Shown here: positions 36,927 to 47,727 of the stretch, piece by piece
Layout of the letters: the number at the start of each line of letters is the position of its first letter
Position numbering within the stretch: position 1 is the stretch's first letter
Source of the DNA: Bryobacterales bacterium
GTDB taxonomy: Bacteria; Acidobacteriota; Terriglobia; Bryobacterales; UBA6623
Length of the DNA: 64,000 nucleotides
Direction of reading: 5' to 3'
Assembly: GCA_965216215.1 (NCBI GenBank)
Contig: CBDCFO010000008.1
Coordinates: 1,750,726 to 1,814,725 of the forward strand
The notes under the pieces: generated by a model
What the model was told of the DNA's origin: nothing
What the model saw: only the letters and a program-made list of their open reading frames with translations
The model's database searches: none
Program-made: the position numbers and the translations under genes

Positions 36927-37980
36927 ATGCAAGGTATGCAATCCGGTCGGGTACGAGTCAACCAACTTACGACGCGCCTGTTCGCCATGCTTGTGGCTAG
37001 CTGCTGCGCTAATTGTGCCGTATCTCCTGCGCCGCCAGCGCAGGAAGAAATCTACTACTCCCGCAACGGCGTCGAGTTGCTAGCCGGAATCGAACCCGAC
37101 TCGCCAGTCAGTGACATCCTCGAATTCGACACCCCAGATTCTCGAAACGCACCGTAGCTACGTGCGGATTCGAACGACCGGCGAGCTCGAGGGCTGGCTC
37201 CCCCGGGCATTGCTCCTGGGCCATCTCGACCGGCGAGCCTTGCGGCTACTAACCCGCCAGTGCGAGAGGATTCCCGGCCAGGGGCTCTTCCGATCCCGCG
37301 ACACGCTCAACGTCCATGTGGAACCGTATCGCTGGTCTCCGACCTTCTATCAGCTAGAGAAAGACGAGGCCTTCGAGGTGCTCGACCGGATGCTGGTCGA
37401 CCGGTTGCCCGCGTCCGCGGCCACGTCGAGGCAGCCCCCCGCGCCGACCGGCCAGGACCATTGGTATCTGGTGCGTGTTCCGGACATCGATCAAGCTGGC
37501 TGGCTGATCGGCAACATGGCCTATGCCGACATCCCCCTCGAAGTCGCAAGGCTGGCACAGGGGCGAGCCATCAATGCTTACTTCGCGATCGGCAGTGTCG
37601 ATGACGAGTCCCTGGGAACGAGCATGCCTACCTGGCTCTGGGTTCAGGCGGACCACGGGAACCAAGCCCATGACTTCGACCGGCTCATGGTGTTCCGGTG
37701 GAACAACCGCCTCGACCGCTATTCGATCATCCGGCAGGACTTCAACCTAACGGGCTACCTGCCAATCGAGACGATCCCCGACTTCGAGACGGAACACGGC
37801 ACCGGCACAGGCTTCCGGGTATTGGTTGACTCGGAGGGCAAGTTGCATGAACGCACGTACGCTTACATCAACAACCGGGTTTATTTCTTTGCCGAGGAAC
37901 CGGTCACGGGCGTGCCTCTCCGTATTCCGCCCGGTGGCTTCGGAGGAATTTACCGGAGACCCTCTATCCCCCGCTACTGA
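36927..37980 (+). pseudogene. Exported SH3-like domain protein, frameshifted near 37131-37136 (or sequence error)
   Basis: Signal/lipoprotein N-half ends ILEFDTP; the next frame continues QILETHRSYVRIRT...EGW (SH3-like) and runs to 37980. Confidence 0.65.
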
Positions 37981-38091
37981 AGCTGTCGCTCTAGGGCCAC
38001 GATCCCTGCTGACGGCTCTCGACAGTTCCGGTGGATAGCTGTAAGTAGTATCTGGTCAATGACTTACTGTGTCAGTTGATATAGTGGAGCG

Positions 38092-39126
38092 ATGCCGGGG
38101 CGATTCCTGCGCGCATGCGCTCGCAAGCCAACGGACTGCACTCCGGTTTGGTTCATGCGGCAGGCGGGACGCTACATGGCGGACTACCGCTTGCTGCGAA
38201 AGAGCCACTCGATCCTGGAGATCTGCAAGACGCCGCGCCTTGCCGCGGAGGTCACCCAGCAGCCGATCGAAGCCCTGGATGTTGACGCTGCGATCATATT
38301 CGCCGATCTGCTGCTGCCGCTCGAGCCTATGGGACTCGGTATCGAGTTCGTGGCCGGGGACGGTCCTAGGATCAACCATCCGGTCCGCCTGCCAGCTGAT
38401 GTCCGCAGGCTTGCAACGAACCGCGTGGCAGAACTTGGCTACGTGGCGGAATCCATCGCGCTGGCACGGAAGAACCTAGGCGGCCGGGTGCCGGTGATCG
38501 GCTTCGTGGGAGCGCCATTCACATTGGCGAGCTACATGATCGAGGGCGGCAGCTCTCGTCACTACGCCCACACGAAACGCCTGATGTGGTCAGAGCCGGA
38601 AGCTTGGCAGGACTTGATGGAGCGGCTTGTCAACGTACTCGCCCCGTTCGCCGCCTCGCAGGTTGCAGGAGGCGCAGCAGCCATCCAAATGTTCGACAGC
38701 TGGGTTGGCGCGCTGGCTCCTTCCGACTACCAGCGCTATGTCTTGCCCCACTCCCGGGAACTGGTTCGCCGCATTCGTTCCGAGGGAGCTCCGGTCATCC
38801 ATTTCGGAACGGGCAACGGCGCGTTTCTCGAGACGTTCAGCAAGGCGGGTGGCGACGTGCTCGGACTAGACTGGCGAGTCGAGCTCGGCCCGGCATGGGA
38901 GCGCGTGGGACACAACGTGGCCGTGCAAGGCAACCTCGATCCGATCGCCCTGCTAGCGCCGGCACCGGAACTGGAGGCCAAGGTGCGTTCCATCCTAGAC
39001 GGCGCGGCGGGAAGGCCGGGCCATATCTTCAACCTTGGGCACGGGATCATTCCCGAGACGCCGGTCGAGAGCGTTCGCGCTGTCGTGCGCATGGTCCGGG
39101 ACTACGCCGCCGAGCCACGGCCATGA
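38092..39126 (+). CDS. hemE: Uroporphyrinogen decarboxylase
   Basis: WFMRQAGRY, DAAIIFADLL, QMFDSW, VQGNLDP, HIFNLGHGI. Confidence 0.96.
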   Translation: MPGRFLRACARKPTDCTPVWFMRQAGRYMADYRLLRKSHSILEICKTPRLAAEVTQQPIEALDVDAAIIFADLLLPLEPMGLGIEFVAGDGPRINHPVRLPADVRRLATNRVAELGYVAESIALARKNLGGRVPVIGFVGAPFTLASYMIEGGSSRHYAHTKRLMWSEPEAWQDLMERLVNVLAPFAASQVAGGAAAIQMFDSWVGALAPSDYQRYVLPHSRELVRRIRSEGAPVIHFGTGNGAFLETFSKAGGDVLGLDWRVELGPAWERVGHNVAVQGNLDPIALLAPAPELEAKVRSILDGAAGRPGHIFNLGHGIIPETPVESVRAVVRMVRDYAAEPRP

Positions 39127-40478
39127 GACAGGTTGCCATCGTCGGTGGCGGCATTTCGGGCCTGTCGGCTGCGTACTACCTCGGACGCAAGGGAATCCCT
39201 TGCAAGCTATTCGAGGAACGCTCCCGACTGGGCGGCACAATCCTGACAGAGCAGTTGGACGGATGCCTGGTCGAAGCTGGCCCCGACAGCTGGCTGGCCG
39301 AGAAGGCTTGGATGCTGGATTTCGCCCGGGACCTCGGCCTAGCGGACCAAGTCATCGGATCCAAGGACTGGAAACGGCGGACATTCGTGGTCCGCAACGG
39401 CGCGCTCGCACCCCTGCCGGAGAGCATGCGGCTGCTCGCGCCTTCCAAACCGTGGCAGATTGCGACAACCCCGCTGCTCGGACTGCCGGCCAAAGTGCGT
39501 TTTGCGCTGGAATGGTTCCGTCGCCCGGCCCAGCATGGCGACCGCTCCGTTGCGGACTTCGTTCGCGACCACTTCGGTGACGAAGCAGTCGAGTACCTCG
39601 CCCAGCCGATGCTCGCGGGAGTTTACGGCTCGCCACCCGAGCGGCTATCAGCGAACCAGGTCATTCCCCGATTCGTCGACTACGAGCGCAGTCACGGAAG
39701 CATTCTAAGGGGCATGGTCGCCAATCGGCACCGCAATCCGCCAAGCCCCCTTTTCCTTACCCTGCGCCACGGGATGGGCTCCCTGATCAGCGCCCTCGAA
39801 CAGGCGGTCTCAGTGACGTGCGAAGTCATTCATCATCGCGTCCAGTCCCTGGAGCGATCCACAAACGGCTGGCAAGTCCGCTGCGCGGGCCAGTCGGTCG
39901 GTGCCGAGGCGGTTGTGGTGGCGACGCCAGCTCACGAAGCGGGCCGATTGATGGGCGCCGCTGACGTGGACCTAGCCCGGTCGCTTAACGCAATTAGCTA
40001 CACCTCGTCGGTCGTCGCGGGCCTCGTCTATCCCGCAGAAGGATTCGGACGCCCGCTGGACGGCTTCGGGTTCGTGGTCCCTCGCAAGGAACAAGCTTCC
40101 CTGGCCGCCTGCACGTGGGTTAGCACCAAATTCTCGGACCGGGTGCCCGAGGACAAGATCCTCCTCCGTGCGTTCCTGGCAGGGAGTGCCGCCACCGATG
40201 CCCTGCAAGCCAATCAGGACACGATCCTCTCGGCCGCCGATTCCGAGTTGCGGAAGTGGATGGGATTCCGGCCCGCTCCGACCGCAGGCCGAGTGTATCG
40301 ATGGCAGCGCTCGATGCCGCAATACGCCGTTGGGCATGCCACGCTGGTGCGCCAATTGGAAGACCGTGCCCGCGATGTGCCCGGATTGCACCTAGCAGGG
40401 AACGGATATAGCGGGCTGGGAATTCCGGACTGCGTGCAGCGCAGCAGGCGAATCGCTGATGCAATTGCCGCAAATTGA
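39123..40478 (+). CDS. hemG: Protoporphyrinogen/coproporphyrinogen oxidase (HemY-type)
   Basis: IVGGGISGLSAAY, EAGPDSW, GFGFVVP, MPQY, GLGIPDCV; ATGA overlap with hemE. Confidence 0.92.
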   Translation: MRQVAIVGGGISGLSAAYYLGRKGIPCKLFEERSRLGGTILTEQLDGCLVEAGPDSWLAEKAWMLDFARDLGLADQVIGSKDWKRRTFVVRNGALAPLPESMRLLAPSKPWQIATTPLLGLPAKVRFALEWFRRPAQHGDRSVADFVRDHFGDEAVEYLAQPMLAGVYGSPPERLSANQVIPRFVDYERSHGSILRGMVANRHRNPPSPLFLTLRHGMGSLISALEQAVSVTCEVIHHRVQSLERSTNGWQVRCAGQSVGAEAVVVATPAHEAGRLMGAADVDLARSLNAISYTSSVVAGLVYPAEGFGRPLDGFGFVVPRKEQASLAACTWVSTKFSDRVPEDKILLRAFLAGSAATDALQANQDTILSAADSELRKWMGFRPAPTAGRVYRWQRSMPQYAVGHATLVRQLEDRARDVPGLHLAGNGYSGLGIPDCVQRSRRIADAIAAN

Positions 40479-40501
40479 CGACTGGCGATCGCCAGTCACG
40501 T

Positions 40502-41824
40502 TCAATCCGCCATGCGCTTCACGGCCATGATGGTCATGTCGTCGCCCTGAGCGGCGTCGCCGCAAAACTCGCTGACCTCGGCCAGGAGGGCATCCAGCAG
40601 TTCGCGAGGAGGCAAGCCAGCATGCGTCTCCGCCGACGACCGCAGCCGGGCGTCGCCAAATTCGTCGAGCCGGGGGTTCATGGCCTCGCTAAATCCGTCG
40701 CTGTACACCAGGAGCGTCTGACCCGGCATGAATTCCACCTCGCCGCGCTCGTAGGGAAACCCTTCCATCACTCCCAAGACAGGGCCGCCGGTTTCGAGCA
40801 GTACCGGTCCGCCGCTTCCGCCTAGCATGATCGGCGGGTTGTGTCCGGCGTTGCAGTACTCCAGGCGATGCGCTTCGGTGTCCAGCACGGCGTAGAACAT
40901 GGTCACGAACTTGTCCGAGTCGGTGCTCGCATACAGCATGTCATTGGACTGCGACACGCACGCGCCGGCGTCGGGGGCGAGCCGCCCTTGGCTGCGAATG
41001 GTCGCTTGCACATTGGACATGAGCATCGCGGCCGTGATCCCCTTGCCCGAGACGTCGGCTAGGCATAGCCCTAGCCGACCGTCACCGAAATCAAGGAAAT
41101 CGAAGTAGTCACCGCCAACGCGCTTGGCGGGCTCGGAGACCCCCACGACATCATAGCCGGGGACATGAGGCGATTCCTTGGGAAGCAGCTTCTTCTGGAT
41201 CTCCCGGGCAAGCCGCAGCTCCTCTTCCAAGAGTTCGAGTGCCTTGCGCTGCTCCATCAGGCGCGCGTTCTCCAGGATCTGAGCAGACTGCGAGGCGATG
41301 ATGCTGAGCAATCGCTGGTCTCCCGCGCTGAACCCGACACCGCCGGTCTTGTTGAACACATTCACTACGCCGATCAAACGGCCCTTGAGTTTCATCGGCA
41401 CGCACAGCAACGAGTGGATCCCGCCACGATCGGACGGGGCTCGGAAACGCTTCTCCGTGTCGAAATCGTTGACGATCAGCGGCTTTTGATGTCTCAGCAT
41501 CCAGCCTGTGATCTGGTCGCCGAGCCGCATCGGAATCGCGCCGGTGACCTTGTCGACCTTCCGGATCATCGTTCGAAGCGCCGAGCCTTGCTCGAGCGTG
41601 TCGAACAGGAGCACTGCGCCTTGCTCGACCTTGAGATGCTTGACGCACTTCTGGACGATGAGGTCGACAGTGGCGTCCAAAGAAGAGGTCGAAGAGACGG
41701 CGGTCGACACCTCATTGAGAATCGATAGCTCCTCGACGGCGAGCTTTAGCCGCGAGTTTTCTGCGAGCAGCTGCTCGACTCGCTTCCTGTCGTGAATTGA
41801 GCTGTCGGTGTTCAGGCTATCCAT
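40502..41824 (-). CDS. GAF + PP2C/SpoIIE phosphatase (RsbU-like)
   Basis: GAF domain, then VGGDYFD, ADVSGKG, YSDG, DDMT. Confidence 0.88.
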   Translation of the reverse strand: MDSLNTDSSIHDRKRVEQLLAENSRLKLAVEELSILNEVSTAVSSTSSLDATVDLIVQKCVKHLKVEQGAVLLFDTLEQGSALRTMIRKVDKVTGAIPMRLGDQITGWMLRHQKPLIVNDFDTEKRFRAPSDRGGIHSLLCVPMKLKGRLIGVVNVFNKTGGVGFSAGDQRLLSIIASQSAQILENARLMEQRKALELLEEELRLAREIQKKLLPKESPHVPGYDVVGVSEPAKRVGGDYFDFLDFGDGRLGLCLADVSGKGITAAMLMSNVQATIRSQGRLAPDAGACVSQSNDMLYASTDSDKFVTMFYAVLDTEAHRLEYCNAGHNPPIMLGGSGGPVLLETGGPVLGVMEGFPYERGEVEFMPGQTLLVYSDGFSEAMNPRLDEFGDARLRSSAETHAGLPPRELLDALLAEVSEFCGDAAQGDDMTIMAVKRMAD

Positions 41825-41845
41825 GCCGCTTGCTTGTCCCAAACC

Positions 41846-42259
41846 TCAATCCGCGGTGGTGCGTTCGACGAGTTCGAGCAATACTCCCCCGGCACTGGCC
41901 GGATGAACGAATACATAACGATACCCTTCCGCGCCGATTCGGATCTTGTCGACCACCAACCGCCGGCCCGAACGGCGCACGGCCTCGGCGGCGGCCTCGA
42001 TGTCCTCAACCTGCAACGCGAGATGGTGCATGCCCTCGCCGCGACGCTCGAGGAAACGGGCAATCACGGAATCGCCCGAGGTTGGTTCCAGCAGTTCGAT
42101 GCGGCCGCCACCGGCCGGCAGCATAGCTGCTTCCACATGCTCCGGCTCGACCCGGGCGCGGTGCACCGGCTCGACCCCTAGCACGTCGTGGTAGAACTCC
42201 AGTGCCCGGTCGATCGAGCGCACGGCAATGCCAATGTGGTCAATGGTCATCGATTCCAT
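41846..42259 (-). CDS. mce: Methylmalonyl-CoA epimerase
   Basis: IDHIGIAV, IELLEP, GEGMHHLA, FVHP, GGVLLELVE. Confidence 0.9.
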   Translation of the reverse strand: MESMTIDHIGIAVRSIDRALEFYHDVLGVEPVHRARVEPEHVEAAMLPAGGGRIELLEPTSGDSVIARFLERRGEGMHHLALQVEDIEAAAEAVRRSGRRLVVDKIRIGAEGYRYVFVHPASAGGVLLELVERTTAD

Positions 42260-43173
42260 TGTTGCTGCAAACGCTCCAGAATCTGCTGGGCATAGGCATA
42301 CGGGTTCAACGATCCCGTGGCTACCGCCTCGGCGGCATCGTCTAGGTCTAGACCCGATCCAAGACCCGCAGCCAGCATTCCCTGAAACTCGCCTCCGATA
42401 CGGCTCAGCAGGAGCCGCTTCCAGTAGTCGACGTCAGGACGCCGCGATTCGGCGGTTCGCAGTTCAGCTAGCAACTCGCCGACCCCCTCGCAACGGATGG
42501 CGGCTGTGCGCAAAACAGGCGGCTTGGCGCGGCCATGGGGGGTTAGCGAAATCATTGCAAGAAGCTGTCGCTCCAACTCGTCGGCCCCCGGCTGGTCGGC
42601 CTTGTTGATGACGAACAGATCGGCGATCTCCATAATGCCAGCCTTGGCGGCCTGGATGTCATCGCCAGTCGCGGGAGTCAGGACTACGGCGACTGTCCCG
42701 GCCACTTGCATGACATCAACCTCGCTCTGCCCCACGCCCGCCGTTTCGATCAGCACGGCATCGTGCCCAGACGATTCAAGGAGCGTCAACGCTTCGCTTA
42801 CTGCGGGAGCGAGACCTCCAAGCTCCCCTCTCGAGGCCATCGAGCGAATGAACACGCCGGAATCGGCGTGATGCCGCTGCATGCGCACCCGGTCCCCTAG
42901 CACTGCACCGCCACTGAAAGGGCTGCTTGGATCGACAGCCAGGATCGCGACCCTAGCCCCCTCGTGGCGCAGCTCCGCCGCGATGCAGTCGACGAGCGTG
43001 CTCTTGCCCACGCCAGGGGCGCCGGTGATGCCAATCCGCAGGACTCCGCCTCCCGGCCGATGCAAGTCGACGAGCAGGGCGCCAGCCTCGGGCAAGCGAT
43101 TCTCGATCAGGGTCAGCCCGCGCGCCAATGCCCGAGGATCGCCGCTACGGATCCGCTCCGCGAGAACGCTCAT
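42247..43173 (-). CDS. meaB: Methylmalonyl-CoA mutase-associated GTPase
   Basis: GITGAPGVGKSTL, AVDPSSPFSGGAVLGDRVRM, FIRSMASRG, ETAGVGQSE, NKAD. Confidence 0.93.
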   Translation of the reverse strand: MSVLAERIRSGDPRALARGLTLIENRLPEAGALLVDLHRPGGGVLRIGITGAPGVGKSTLVDCIAAELRHEGARVAILAVDPSSPFSGGAVLGDRVRMQRHHADSGVFIRSMASRGELGGLAPAVSEALTLLESSGHDAVLIETAGVGQSEVDVMQVAGTVAVVLTPATGDDIQAAKAGIMEIADLFVINKADQPGADELERQLLAMISLTPHGRAKPPVLRTAAIRCEGVGELLAELRTAESRRPDVDYWKRLLLSRIGGEFQGMLAAGLGSGLDLDDAAEAVATGSLNPYAYAQQILERLQQQWNR

Positions 43174-43361
43174 TGAATGACTCCCCCCGGCTTGATGCGA
43201 CGGGGCATCGCCGGACGGGGCGGCCGGAAAGCTAGTGCAAGTGGCCACGGGGGTTTCATGCTGCCGGAACTCCCGATTGTAGGCCCCGCAGCACGAAGCG
43301 GTCGGACATGCCGATCGTCGGCTTCGGCTGGAACCGCGGCGGTACACTGAGAAAAGCTCGA

Positions 43362-46300
43362 GTGCAGAGGAAGGCATCCAAGGTAAGTGCAGTAGTCGCC
43401 GAAAAGCCATCGGTCGCCCGCGACATTGCCAAGGCACTGGGCGCAAGCGAACGCGCGAATGGATATTTCTCTGGCGACGGCTTGATCATTACCTGGGCAA
43501 TCGGCCATTTGGTGCAATTGGCCGAGCCGCATCAAATCAATCCCGCGTGGAAAGCTTGGCGGCGTTCCGCGCTTCCCATCCTGCCTCAGGAATGGCCGTT
43601 GGTCGTTGACGAGGGCCGCAGCGACCAGTTCGAAGTCGTCAAGAGGATTCTCACGAGTTCCCGCGTCGGGCGCGTGGTCTGCGCAACAGATGCAGGGCGG
43701 GAGGGTGAACTCATCTTCCGTCAGCTCTACGAGGCGGCAGGCTGCACGAAACCCGTGGATCGCCTGTGGATCTCGTCCTTGACGCCCGCGGCGATTCGCG
43801 ACGGCTTCTCGCAACTCCGTCCTTCGCGGGAGTTTGACAATCTCGGAGACGCCGCCCGCGCCAGGAGCCGCGCCGACTGGCTGGTCGGAATGAATCTCAC
43901 GCGGGCATACACCCTGGATCACAGTCCGCGCGAAATGGGCAGTTCCGAGGTGCTTTCTGTCGGCCGGGTCCAGACACCGACGCTGGCAATGCTCGTGGAA
44001 AGGGAGATCGCGATTCGCGACTTCGTTCCGGAGGACTACATCGAGGTCCTGGCTGACTTCGACGCCGGCGAGAACCGCGTCTATCGCGGGACGTACTTCA
44101 AGATCGAGAAAGGCAAGCGCCAGACGCGCCTCTCGGCCGACGGCAAGCAAGCTGCGGCAATCCTCGATCGCGCCAGGCTCGGGCAAGCGGACATAGAATC
44201 CGTGAGGAAAACTCCCAAGCGCCTGTCGCCGCCTTTGCTGTACGACCTCACGGAATTGCAGCGGCACGCCAACCGGCTGTACGGCTTCAGCGCTAGCCGG
44301 ACCTTGGAACTGGCGCAGCTGCTGTACGAGAAGCATAAGGCGATCACGTACCCCCGAACGGACAGTCGGCACCTCTCGTCCGCAATCGCGAGCCAGCTGC
44401 CGGGAATCGCCGGGCGTGTCGCCCGAGAGTTCGACAGCAGCCTCGTGGCCGAAGGGACCGGCACGCGACCGCTCGGCCAGCGCTACATCGATGACTCGAA
44501 AGTTACGGACCACCACGCGATCATCCCGACTGGTGCGGGCGGTTCTGCCGTGGACCGCAATGCGCCGGAGGCGAAGATTCTCGACCTAGTGAACCGCCGA
44601 TTGCTGCAGGCGTGGCATGGCGACCACAAGTTCTCGTCCACTACGGTGATCACGCGGATCGTCCACAAGGCCGACGCCGACCAGTACTTGTCTATCGGCA
44701 CCGCAGTCGATGACCCGGGCTGGAAGGTCCTGGACGTACCGTCGGCCCGCATGGGCCGCTCGGTCGAGGAGCCGAGACTGCCGGGGAGCTTGGCAACAGG
44801 TCAGCGAGTCGCCCTGCTCAAGGCCGAGGCCATCAAGAAGCAAACCCGACCACCGCCGCGATTCACCGAGGGGACGCTGCTGACAGCGATGGAATCGGCA
44901 GGCAAGACGCTCGATAGCAAGCAGCTCTCGGACGCGATGAAGGAACGCGGGATCGGAACGCCCGCCACACGTGCCTCGATTATCGAAACACTGCTCAAGC
45001 GAGGGTATATAACCCGGGACAAGAAGCAGTTGAGCGCAACATCCAAGGGCATACAGCTCTTGGAGATCGTCCACCCCAAGGTCCGGAGCCCGGAGATGAC
45101 CGGCGAATGGGAATCGAAGCTGCGTGCGATCGAACGCGGCCGGGGCGGCTTTGAAGCGTTCATGCAGGGGATCGAGGATTTCGTTCGCGAGGTCGTTGGT
45201 ACCGGCGAGGGCGGCGTGTCGGCCTCCCCCGTGCAAGCAGCGAAACGCAGGGCCGCCGCCGATGAGTCGGAATTCACCTCCGAGCTACCGCCCGTCGAAG
45301 TCCTAGAATCGGAGCCGTCCCGGCGCCCTGCGGCGCCGCCAGAGCAACAGAAAGCGGCCACGGACAGTCCCCCGACCCGTCGCAGGGAATCGGCGGAAGC
45401 GATCGGATCCGCCTCCGAGGCCCGGCAAGACATGACGAATGGGCGGCTGCGATCTCTCGTGTCGCGAACGCCCGCGCAGGCGGCGCCCGTCGCAGTCCGC
45501 GCAGGCCCGGCGGCACCTCCCCGGATTCCGCCCGAGGCTCTGGGTGAGCTCCTGCGAAGTCGATTCGGCCACGACAGTTTCCGGCCCCATCAGGAAGACG
45601 TCTGCCGCCAAGTTACCGCCGGCCGGGACGTCCTGGTCGTGATGCCCACCGGAGCCGGCAAGTCGCTGTGCTACCAGCTCCCGGGAATCGCGCGCGGCGC
45701 GACGACCCTCGTGATCAGTCCGCTGATCGCGTTGATGGAAGACCAGACAGAGAAGCTAAGGCAGCAGGGGTTCAAGGCGGAGCGCATCCACTCCGGCCGG
45801 GATCGACTGGAATCTCGCCGGGTCTGCAAGGAATACCTCGAAGGCGAGCTTGACTTCCTGTACATTGCGCCGGAACGGCTCGCAGTGCCGGGCTTCCCGG
45901 AATTTCTGGCCCGCCGGACGCCGGGTCTGGTCGCTATTGACGAAGCGCACTGCATCTCGATGTGGGGCCACGACTTTCGACCGGAATACCGGCGTTTGCG
46001 CGAGCGCATTCCGACGCTACGGCCGGCCCCCGTGATTGCTCTGACGGCAACGGCCACGCCGCTCGTCCAGCGGGACATCGTGCAGCAGCTCGGCCTGGTT
46101 GATTGCGACCGCTCCATCCACGGCTTCCGGCGCGACAATCTGGAGATCGAGCTCGTTGAGCTCCCCCCGTCGTTGCGCCCGCCGGCGCTAGTGCGCCTGC
46201 TGCGGGATGAGGCCCGCCGGCCGGCGATCGTTTACGCGCCGACGCGCAAGGCGTCCGAGGAGCAAGCCGAAGCCTTGCAGGGCGGACTGCGCGCCGCCGC

Positions 46301-47597
46301 ATACCACGCCGGCATGGAAGGAGAGCAGCGCGACCGGGTCCAGACCGCGTTCCTCTCCGGCGATCTCGACATCATCGTCGCGACAATCGCCTTCGGCATG
46401 GGCATTGACAAGCCCAACGTCCGCAGCGTCGTCCACACTGGCCTGCCGGGATCGATCGAGAGCTACTACCAGGAAATCGGCCGCGCGGGGCGTGACGGCC
46501 TGCCCTCGAAGGCGATCCTGCTGCACTCGTGGGCGGACCGCAAGACTCACGAGTTCTTCCTCGACCGGGACTACCCCGAACCGGCGGTGCTCATGGGCCT
46601 CTTCAGCGCCCTGAAGGCCAAATCGGTCCCGATGGCGGAACTCCGGGATGGATTCAGGGGCGAGCCGCAGAAGTTCGAGACCGCGATCGAGAAGCTTTGG
46701 ATTCATGGCGGCGTGCAGATTGACGAGAACGATAACGTCTCTCCCGGGGACGCCGTTTGGCACGAGAAGTACATCCGGCAGCGGGACCACAAGATCGAGC
46801 AGCTCGACCTCGTGACAAACTTCACGCGATCCCAACAATGCCGCATGCTCGACCTCGTGCGGCACTTCGGCGACCTCGAGGACTCGCTCAAGCCGTGCGA
46901 GCACTGCGATATCTGCGATGCGGAAGGCTGCGCCGTCAAGACCTTCCGGTCGGCCACAACGCAAGAAACCAAGGTCGTCGACTCGGTGCTGTGGTCGTTG
47001 CGGGACCATGACGGCCAGTCCGTCGGGAAGCTGTTCCGGGATTGGGCCGAGCCTGTCAAGCTCCAGCGCACCGCCTACGAGCGGTTGATCGACGCGTTGG
47101 TGCGAGCGGATCTCGCACGCATTGAGAATGATTCGTTCGTCAACAGGGAGGGTCAGCTCATCGAGTTCCGGAGACTCGCACTGACGGCCGAGGGCCGCCA
47201 GACATCGAATCCCGCCCGCTTGGTCAAACTGCCCGCCGAGGGCGCCGGCCTGGCGCGCGGCCCGAATCTCAAGCGCGCAAAGAGTCAGTCCCGGAAACGC
47301 AAGCCCTCCCAGCGAAACGGGAAGCCGACTGGGAAGCAATTGCGGCTGGACGAGGTGCCCGCCCGAGACGGGGCAGATGAACTGCTCATGGCAGGACTGC
47401 GGGCATGGCGCAAGACCGAGGCACAGAGACAGGCAGTGCCCGCGTTCCGGATCTTTCCTAACCGGACATTGGAAGCCCTCGTGGAAGCAAAGCCGGCTAA
47501 TGAAGCCGAGCTGCTCACGGTGTCGGGCATCGGACCGGCCGTCGCGAAAAAATACGGAGCTAAACTTCTCCAGGTCATCCGAACCGCGAGCGATTGA
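43362..47597 (+). CDS. Fusion: DNA topoisomerase III - linker - RecQ helicase - RQC - HRDC (about 1,410 aa; start uncertain)
   Basis: AEKPS, ATDAGREGE, GRVQTPTL, catalytic ITYPRTDS; then MPTGAGKSLCYQ, DEAH, GHDFRP, TATA, GMGIDK, QEIGRAGRDG, Zn-Cys cluster, HRDC; no internal stop. Confidence 0.92.
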   Translation: MQRKASKVSAVVAEKPSVARDIAKALGASERANGYFSGDGLIITWAIGHLVQLAEPHQINPAWKAWRRSALPILPQEWPLVVDEGRSDQFEVVKRILTSSRVGRVVCATDAGREGELIFRQLYEAAGCTKPVDRLWISSLTPAAIRDGFSQLRPSREFDNLGDAARARSRADWLVGMNLTRAYTLDHSPREMGSSEVLSVGRVQTPTLAMLVEREIAIRDFVPEDYIEVLADFDAGENRVYRGTYFKIEKGKRQTRLSADGKQAAAILDRARLGQADIESVRKTPKRLSPPLLYDLTELQRHANRLYGFSASRTLELAQLLYEKHKAITYPRTDSRHLSSAIASQLPGIAGRVAREFDSSLVAEGTGTRPLGQRYIDDSKVTDHHAIIPTGAGGSAVDRNAPEAKILDLVNRRLLQAWHGDHKFSSTTVITRIVHKADADQYLSIGTAVDDPGWKVLDVPSARMGRSVEEPRLPGSLATGQRVALLKAEAIKKQTRPPPRFTEGTLLTAMESAGKTLDSKQLSDAMKERGIGTPATRASIIETLLKRGYITRDKKQLSATSKGIQLLEIVHPKVRSPEMTGEWESKLRAIERGRGGFEAFMQGIEDFVREVVGTGEGGVSASPVQAAKRRAAADESEFTSELPPVEVLESEPSRRPAAPPEQQKAATDSPPTRRRESAEAIGSASEARQDMTNGRLRSLVSRTPAQAAPVAVRAGPAAPPRIPPEALGELLRSRFGHDSFRPHQEDVCRQVTAGRDVLVVMPTGAGKSLCYQLPGIARGATTLVISPLIALMEDQTEKLRQQGFKAERIHSGRDRLESRRVCKEYLEGELDFLYIAPERLAVPGFPEFLARRTPGLVAIDEAHCISMWGHDFRPEYRRLRERIPTLRPAPVIALTATATPLVQRDIVQQLGLVDCDRSIHGFRRDNLEIELVELPPSLRPPALVRLLRDEARRPAIVYAPTRKASEEQAEALQGGLRAAAYHAGMEGEQRDRVQTAFLSGDLDIIVATIAFGMGIDKPNVRSVVHTGLPGSIESYYQEIGRAGRDGLPSKAILLHSWADRKTHEFFLDRDYPEPAVLMGLFSALKAKSVPMAELRDGFRGEPQKFETAIEKLWIHGGVQIDENDNVSPGDAVWHEKYIRQRDHKIEQLDLVTNFTRSQQCRMLDLVRHFGDLEDSLKPCEHCDICDAEGCAVKTFRSATTQETKVVDSVLWSLRDHDGQSVGKLFRDWAEPVKLQRTAYERLIDALVRADLARIENDSFVNREGQLIEFRRLALTAEGRQTSNPARLVKLPAEGAGLARGPNLKRAKSQSRKRKPSQRNGKPTGKQLRLDEVPARDGADELLMAGLRAWRKTEAQRQAVPAFRIFPNRTLEALVEAKPANEAELLTVSGIGPAVAKKYGAKLLQVIRTASD

Positions 47598-47727
47598 CCG
47601 CTCGCCCGCGTCGACGGCGAACGTCGCGGCCCGTCCGGCCTACAATTGATATCGAAACCGAGACGGACCGGCCTCAAGGAGCCTGCGCCTGCTGGCGACG
47701 ACTCGCACGGACCCGGACAGACCACCG

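Noticed and set aside
43362-47597. Reverse gyrase
   Set aside because: Domain order is topoisomerase first, and the helicase has RecQ-specific motifs (DEAH, GHDFRP, RQC, HRDC).
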